A stretch of DNA of 35,362 nt, taken from IMG/VR virus record IMGVR_UViG_3300038466_000035, positions 1 through 35,362 of that record. One strand, written 5' to 3'. The position numbers were made by a program, and so were the translations under genes. Under the pieces are notes generated by a model. That model searched no databases and had not been told where the DNA came from. It saw only the letters and a list, made by a program, of their open reading frames with translations. The stretch comes from a virus. Taxonomy: Duplodnaviria; Caudoviricetes. Below are positions 26,901 through 32,900 of this stretch, piece by piece; the first letter of the stretch is position 1, and every line of letters begins with the position of its first letter.

Positions 26901-29900
26901 TCAGCGTAGCATGGCAGAATGAAGACTATGGCGTGACAGCTCTTTATAATGCTGCCCTTCAAAAGAAAACCCTTATTGCTTACGATGGAACCGGAGACGA
27001 TAGGGCCGTAAACAGGGAAAGAACGAAAGGGCTTGCAACTATTACAAAGGCAATAAATAATACTTTTGCAGATTGGTTGTTCGCTGACACCGGAAGATCT
27101 GTTGAGGTTGTTAAGGTTTTCAACGAGACGCAGAACACTCATGCAAGCAGGAAATACGACGGCAAACATCTTAAAACCGTGGGAAACTCGCCTTCTATCG
27201 CTTTACGGAAAACACAAAGCGATGCGGCATGGAGAATGATTCAGTCTCCGGTTGTCCTGTTGGATCATGCCGTCGGCGCCGGAAAGACCTTTACTATAAT
27301 AACGGGTATCATGGAAAAAGTTAGGATGGGGCTGACAAACAAAGCCCTGATAATAGTCCCGAATCATCTTGTAGGGCAATGGGCATCTGACTGGCTCAAG
27401 TTATATCCCGGAGCGAATATTCTGGCTGCATCAAATAAAGACTTTTCGAAACCGAACAGAAGACGGCTTTTCTCAAGAATAACAACAGGTAAATATGATG
27501 CCGTTATTATCGGGCATTCATCCTTGGGGTTTATTCCTATAGAGAGAGATACTTTCTTAAACCTGATGAACGAGGAAATAGAGCATCTTGAAAGAGCCGA
27601 AAAAGAGGCCAAAGCCGCAGGCGAAAAAAGAACCGCGCGTGGACTTGCAAAAAGAATACAGAAAAAACGTGAGAAAATTACAGAGCTTTTAAACAAGCCG
27701 AAAGATAATGTTACTCATTTTGAGCAGATGGGGATTGACCATATTGTTATTGACGAATCGCAAGAGTTTAAAAACCTTGAATATTCAAGTTCGATGCAGA
27801 ACATAACCGGTATGGGTAATCCCGCCGGATCGAAGAGAGCTTTTGACCTGTACTCAAAAATAAGATGGCTGAACACCCAGAAGAACTTTGGAGTCACCTT
27901 AGCAACAGGAACACCGATAAGCAACTCTCTTGTGGAGATGTACTCAATATTAAGATATCTCAATAGGCAGGGGCTTATTGATAGGCAACTTGAGGCTTTC
28001 GATGCCTGGGCGAACACATACGCAATCACGGAGAATGTAATAGAATATACGGCGTCGCAGAGACTTAAAGACCGAAAGGTAATGACAACCTTTAAAAACG
28101 CCAACCAGCTTTTGCAGCTATATGATGAGTTTTCTGATTCTATAACAATGGATGATGTAAAACGAATATACGCTGAACAAACAAGGAAATCCAATAAGCT
28201 GACTGGCAAAAACGAAAGGATAGAATTCCCCATTCCTAAAGTAGAGACCGGGGGAAGGCAGCTCGATACGGGGGAGCCGGATAAATCTCAAGCAGAATTC
28301 AATAACTACCTTGTAGCCAGAGCACAGAGACTTGAAAAACTCGGCAGACAAAATGATCCGAAGGTTGATAACCATTTATGGGTAATGTCTGATGCCAGAA
28401 AAATGGCACTCGATGTGAGACTTGTCGATCCAACCGCGAAAGCCGGTAAAAACAACAAGGTCAACCGGTCAGCTAAAAAGATAAAAGAAATTTACGACCG
28501 GACAAAAAAGGACAGAGGAACACAGCTTGTATTTTGCGATCTGTCAACTCCTGTAAAAACAGCCATTACAGATGCCAGGAAATTTATAAAGGCTGCTTCG
28601 AAGATTGCGAAAGTCGATAAAGACGAGGCAATCCAGAACGCGCTCGCCGGAATGTCTCTATATTGGGACAAGTGGAAATATATACATCATCTTATTGAAT
28701 TAGAGATTGAGCAGATATCTGAGCACGATAAGGCCGAAACAGATACTTACCGAGCCCGCCGTGAGGCACTTGAAGAATTCCTTAACGAAAAGGCTATTGA
28801 CGATGAACTCGCTGTTTTAACAACGGCAGATACGAAGTTTTCAGTATATGATGATCTTAAAAGCGTTCTCATATCAAAAGGAATTCCAGCCGGCGAAATC
28901 AGGTTTATTCACGAAGCGAACACGAAAGACCAAAAAGCAGAGTTATTCGGACTGGTGAATTCCGGGGCCGTCAGAGTGCTTATCGGATCTACCGCGAAAA
29001 TGGGTGCGGGAACAAACGCCCAAGAGCGTATGGTAGCGCTTCACCATCTTGATGCACCCTGGAGACCGTCTGATGTCGAGCAGAGAGAGGGACGCCTTGT
29101 GCGACAGGGAAATGCCCTTTACGACAAAGACCCTGACGGCTTTAAGGTTGAGATCCATGCGTATTCCACAAGCAAGACCTTTGATGCTGTTATGTGGCAG
29201 ATTCTTTCAAGAAAACAGGGGATGCTTGACGATTTCAGGAATGGCAAAGATGTCATAGAAGACAAAACCAATGATGCTGCCAGCTATGCAAATTTCATGG
29301 CTGAGACCACAGGGAATCCTGCTTTCAAGGAAAAACACCAGCTCGAAGGCGATGTTGAGGAATTAACCGCGTCGAAAAGAAGGATAACGACAAGACGGAG
29401 ATCCGCGGAACAGAGCCTTGTTTCAAACGAAGCCCGCAGGGAAGAAGCCAAGTCGGATGTTGAAAGATGGACAAAGACCCTCGATAAAGTCAAGCAGCTT
29501 AAAGAGGACAGGTTCACCTATGAAGGCAAAGAATATGTAAACGATATCGCGGAAGTCGAGGCCGCCGAGCGAAACAAGATAACGGAAGAGAATGCAAAAA
29601 CCAAGGAGGATCACGACAAGGTAATATCCCCTATTTTCGATAAGGTGGGACTGAAATATCCAGAGTTTGATAAAAATGCGTATTTGTTTAAATCTAAAAG
29701 AAATCAATCGCAAATCGAGGCGGACGAATACTTAGAAAAGTTGTTGGAAGATGCAGGCATTGAAAGACATCCTAAATCCATTCAGTTTGACCGCGACAAA
29801 CTATCAAAGAAAAATCCGGCAATCGCAGCGGCAATTAAAATCAGGAAGGATATAAACAAGATCGCTGTTGATGGTGGCGGTAGTCTGGACTTTTATCTCG

Positions 29901-32900
29901 GAGATGCAAAGATTACCGTAAAAGTATCTCAGGTTTCCGGAACCGAAGGCAAAGACGAAAGATACGACTTCAAGTATTTTATTGACGGATCTTATGTAGA
30001 ATCAGATTGGAATGTCGCAAGCGCTACCTTTAACGATGTCGCAAATTATCTGTCTGCTAAAACCGTCAGCAATAAACTTGGCGGACGGATAGACCGGGCG
30101 AGAGGCGCTATAGAGGCTTATAATAAGTCGGATATAGATGCCAGAAGAACCCTCGAAAAATTGCAGTTCAAGGACGATGACAAATTAACCGAAAAGAAGC
30201 GGAGATATGATCAGGTCGTACAAGAGGTTAATGAGCTTGAAGCGCGTATGACAGAACAAAGGGAATCGGAGCACAACAAGTATATTACGAAAGATAAGGC
30301 CCGGTTTGGAGATGAATCGTTTGGAGGGGCTACCGCTACTGGCCCCGCAACTCCCGTCCGAAGAGAGATACAGGTAGGGGCAAGGGCAAAGGGCGGGCAG
30401 ACTTTTTATATTCAAATAGCCGATCCCGCCGGAAAGCCCAAGTTTGAAGCCGTAGAAGGTAAAAAGGTCGAAATAGTGCCTTTTGCAGAGTTCTTTATCA
30501 GAAAAGATAATGAAAAGAACCAGCCATGGATCATCACAGAAAGAAGATCTGGCTTATCCGTTGCGTCAGACATGACTCAAGAAAAGGCCATAGACAGGGC
30601 CAAGAACCTTCTGGGAAAGTATGATGAAAAAACATTCGGAACCCTTATAGACGAGCGTGTCGCTGAACATGGCGAAGCGCCTAAGTACTCGGTCGGAACT
30701 GAAACAAAAGGCCAACCCCTATCCCTTGCCAATGTCCAGAACATCTTCAAAAACCAGGACGTAAAACAGGATGGCGACAATTTCACAGTTACCTTGAAGA
30801 ATGGTACTGTTATTCCTGTTCAGGGAGTGACTTCAATTACACCGAATAGTATGGCTTTAAAATTAGGGCATGGGAGAGGTCAGCTTAAGGCAGGACAGAC
30901 CATAACCGGCAGATACGACGGGAAGTCTATCCAGATTGTAAGAGACAGCGAGAAGGCCCCATGGACGCTTACACACGAAGCCGTACATCTTCTTGAGGAT
31001 ATGGATATTATTGACTCAAGCGACCGGGCGACAATCGAAGCGCAGTCTAAAAAAGAAGGTGCTTGGAATAATAAATTAAACGCCGCCGAAAACCGGGCTA
31101 ACTGGCTGGCTGATTTTGTAACCGGCAACAGACCAGAACGCACGGCACTTCAAAAGATATGGGATAAGATCAGGGAATTTGTAAACAGCATAGCAGGTAT
31201 CAGGACGGCTGAACGGATAGGAAAAGAGTTGAAATCCGGGGAGATATTCGGGAAGCAGGCGGGAACAGAAAGTTTTGCACAGCCTACAAGATATTCTCTA
31301 AAGGAAGCCGTTAAGAACATACTAGATAACTCGAATTTCGTTAAGTGGTTTGGTGATTCAAAGGTTGTGGATTCGGACGGGATACCGCTGGTGGTTTATC
31401 ATGGAACGGATCAAGAGATAGATGCTTTTTCAAAAGAAAAATTAGGATTTAACACATTGGCAAAAAGCGCCAAGGGCGGCTTTTTTTTCACAAACAATTC
31501 AAGGGCGGCGGGTCTTTATCCTGTTTATCCTAAACATGAATTGCTGGAATACGGTGGGTTTATACCAAAATATCCAGAAAGATATTTTGAATCTACGCCA
31601 GAATGGAGCGAGCTTCGTAATATTCAAAAACAAATAAGTAATGCGATTGAGAAAAGGGATAAGCGTATTGCCGATGAAAGCTTCTTCTCGGAAGAATATC
31701 AATCGCGCCGAGATAAAATTCAAGCAGAAACGGTGTCTCCATTAATTGAAAAAGAAAAAGAGATAAGCGCAAAACTACATAAAACCCCAGAATATCAAAA
31801 GTATAAAGCTGAGAGAGAATCGGCAAGAAATAAAGCTGAAAGCAACAATCTTATCGCGCGTTCGATCAACGCACAAAAAAACTTCAAATCTATCAATGAT
31901 GAATTTAGGAAATATATACGGGAAAATAAGCCGGATGATGCAGACTTATATTCTCTGGCGGAAGTAATTGGAAGAAGTTTCCCCAAGCAAAATTTAGGGT
32001 GGGGAGATTATGGTTTCAATAAATTTGTTGAAGAAAAATATAATATTCCCCATCAGAATGACACCGTTGAAGATACCGCAAAAAACGAAGAGAAATATCA
32101 GTCAGCATTAAAAAAAATGGGCGAAGCTGGAGAGGCTATTATCAACTCTGGATCTCCCTTGGGGGCAACGGCTAAAAAAATTAAAGAAGCTGGGCTCGTT
32201 GCATATGCGGCGGAGAAGGATGCTACCGAATGGAATTATATATATAAGTTTTCCGAACAGGCATGGGAAGGTGGAGATGCAGCAAGCGGGGAGGACTGGG
32301 AAGCCAAAAAAGAAACACTTCAACCCAATATTATTCCTGCCTATCTTTCTCTGCAAAATCCCTTGATTCATGATCAGGCAACGCCATACAGGGACATAAC
32401 TTATGCGAAATTAATTGATAGCGCACGTAAAGCTGGTCATGACGGGTTGATTATAAAAAACACAAAAGACCCACTTCCTATGGATGTTTATGTCGCCTTT
32501 GAACCCACCCAAATAAAGTCCATCTTCAACAGAGGAACCTTCAGCGAAACCAATCCTGATATACGGTATTCCCTTGCCGAAAGATTAAAGCCCTTCTTCT
32601 CACAGCTTGAAAAAGCGGTAGCCTTGAAAATGGGCGGTAAAATGCCTGTTGACCAGCTCAAGAAGATGCTGAAAGCCCAGAACGTAACAGATGCCGAGAT
32701 TGAAAACCTGATAGGCGGTCTTGAAGGTACGGTTACGAAACAGCAGGTCATGGATGAGATTTCAGCGAATACTGCGGAGTTTGAGGATGTGGTGTTGGGC
32801 GGCAAAAACGAAATCCTTGATTACGAAGGTATGCCGTCAACGGAACTCCAGGATGTTGTAGATGAATATGGACAGGGCGATCTGTCTTTAGAAGAATTTC

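Noticed and set aside
29049-29258. 69-aa + strand alternative-frame ORF
   Set aside because: It overlaps helicase motif VI, and I saw no expression signals.
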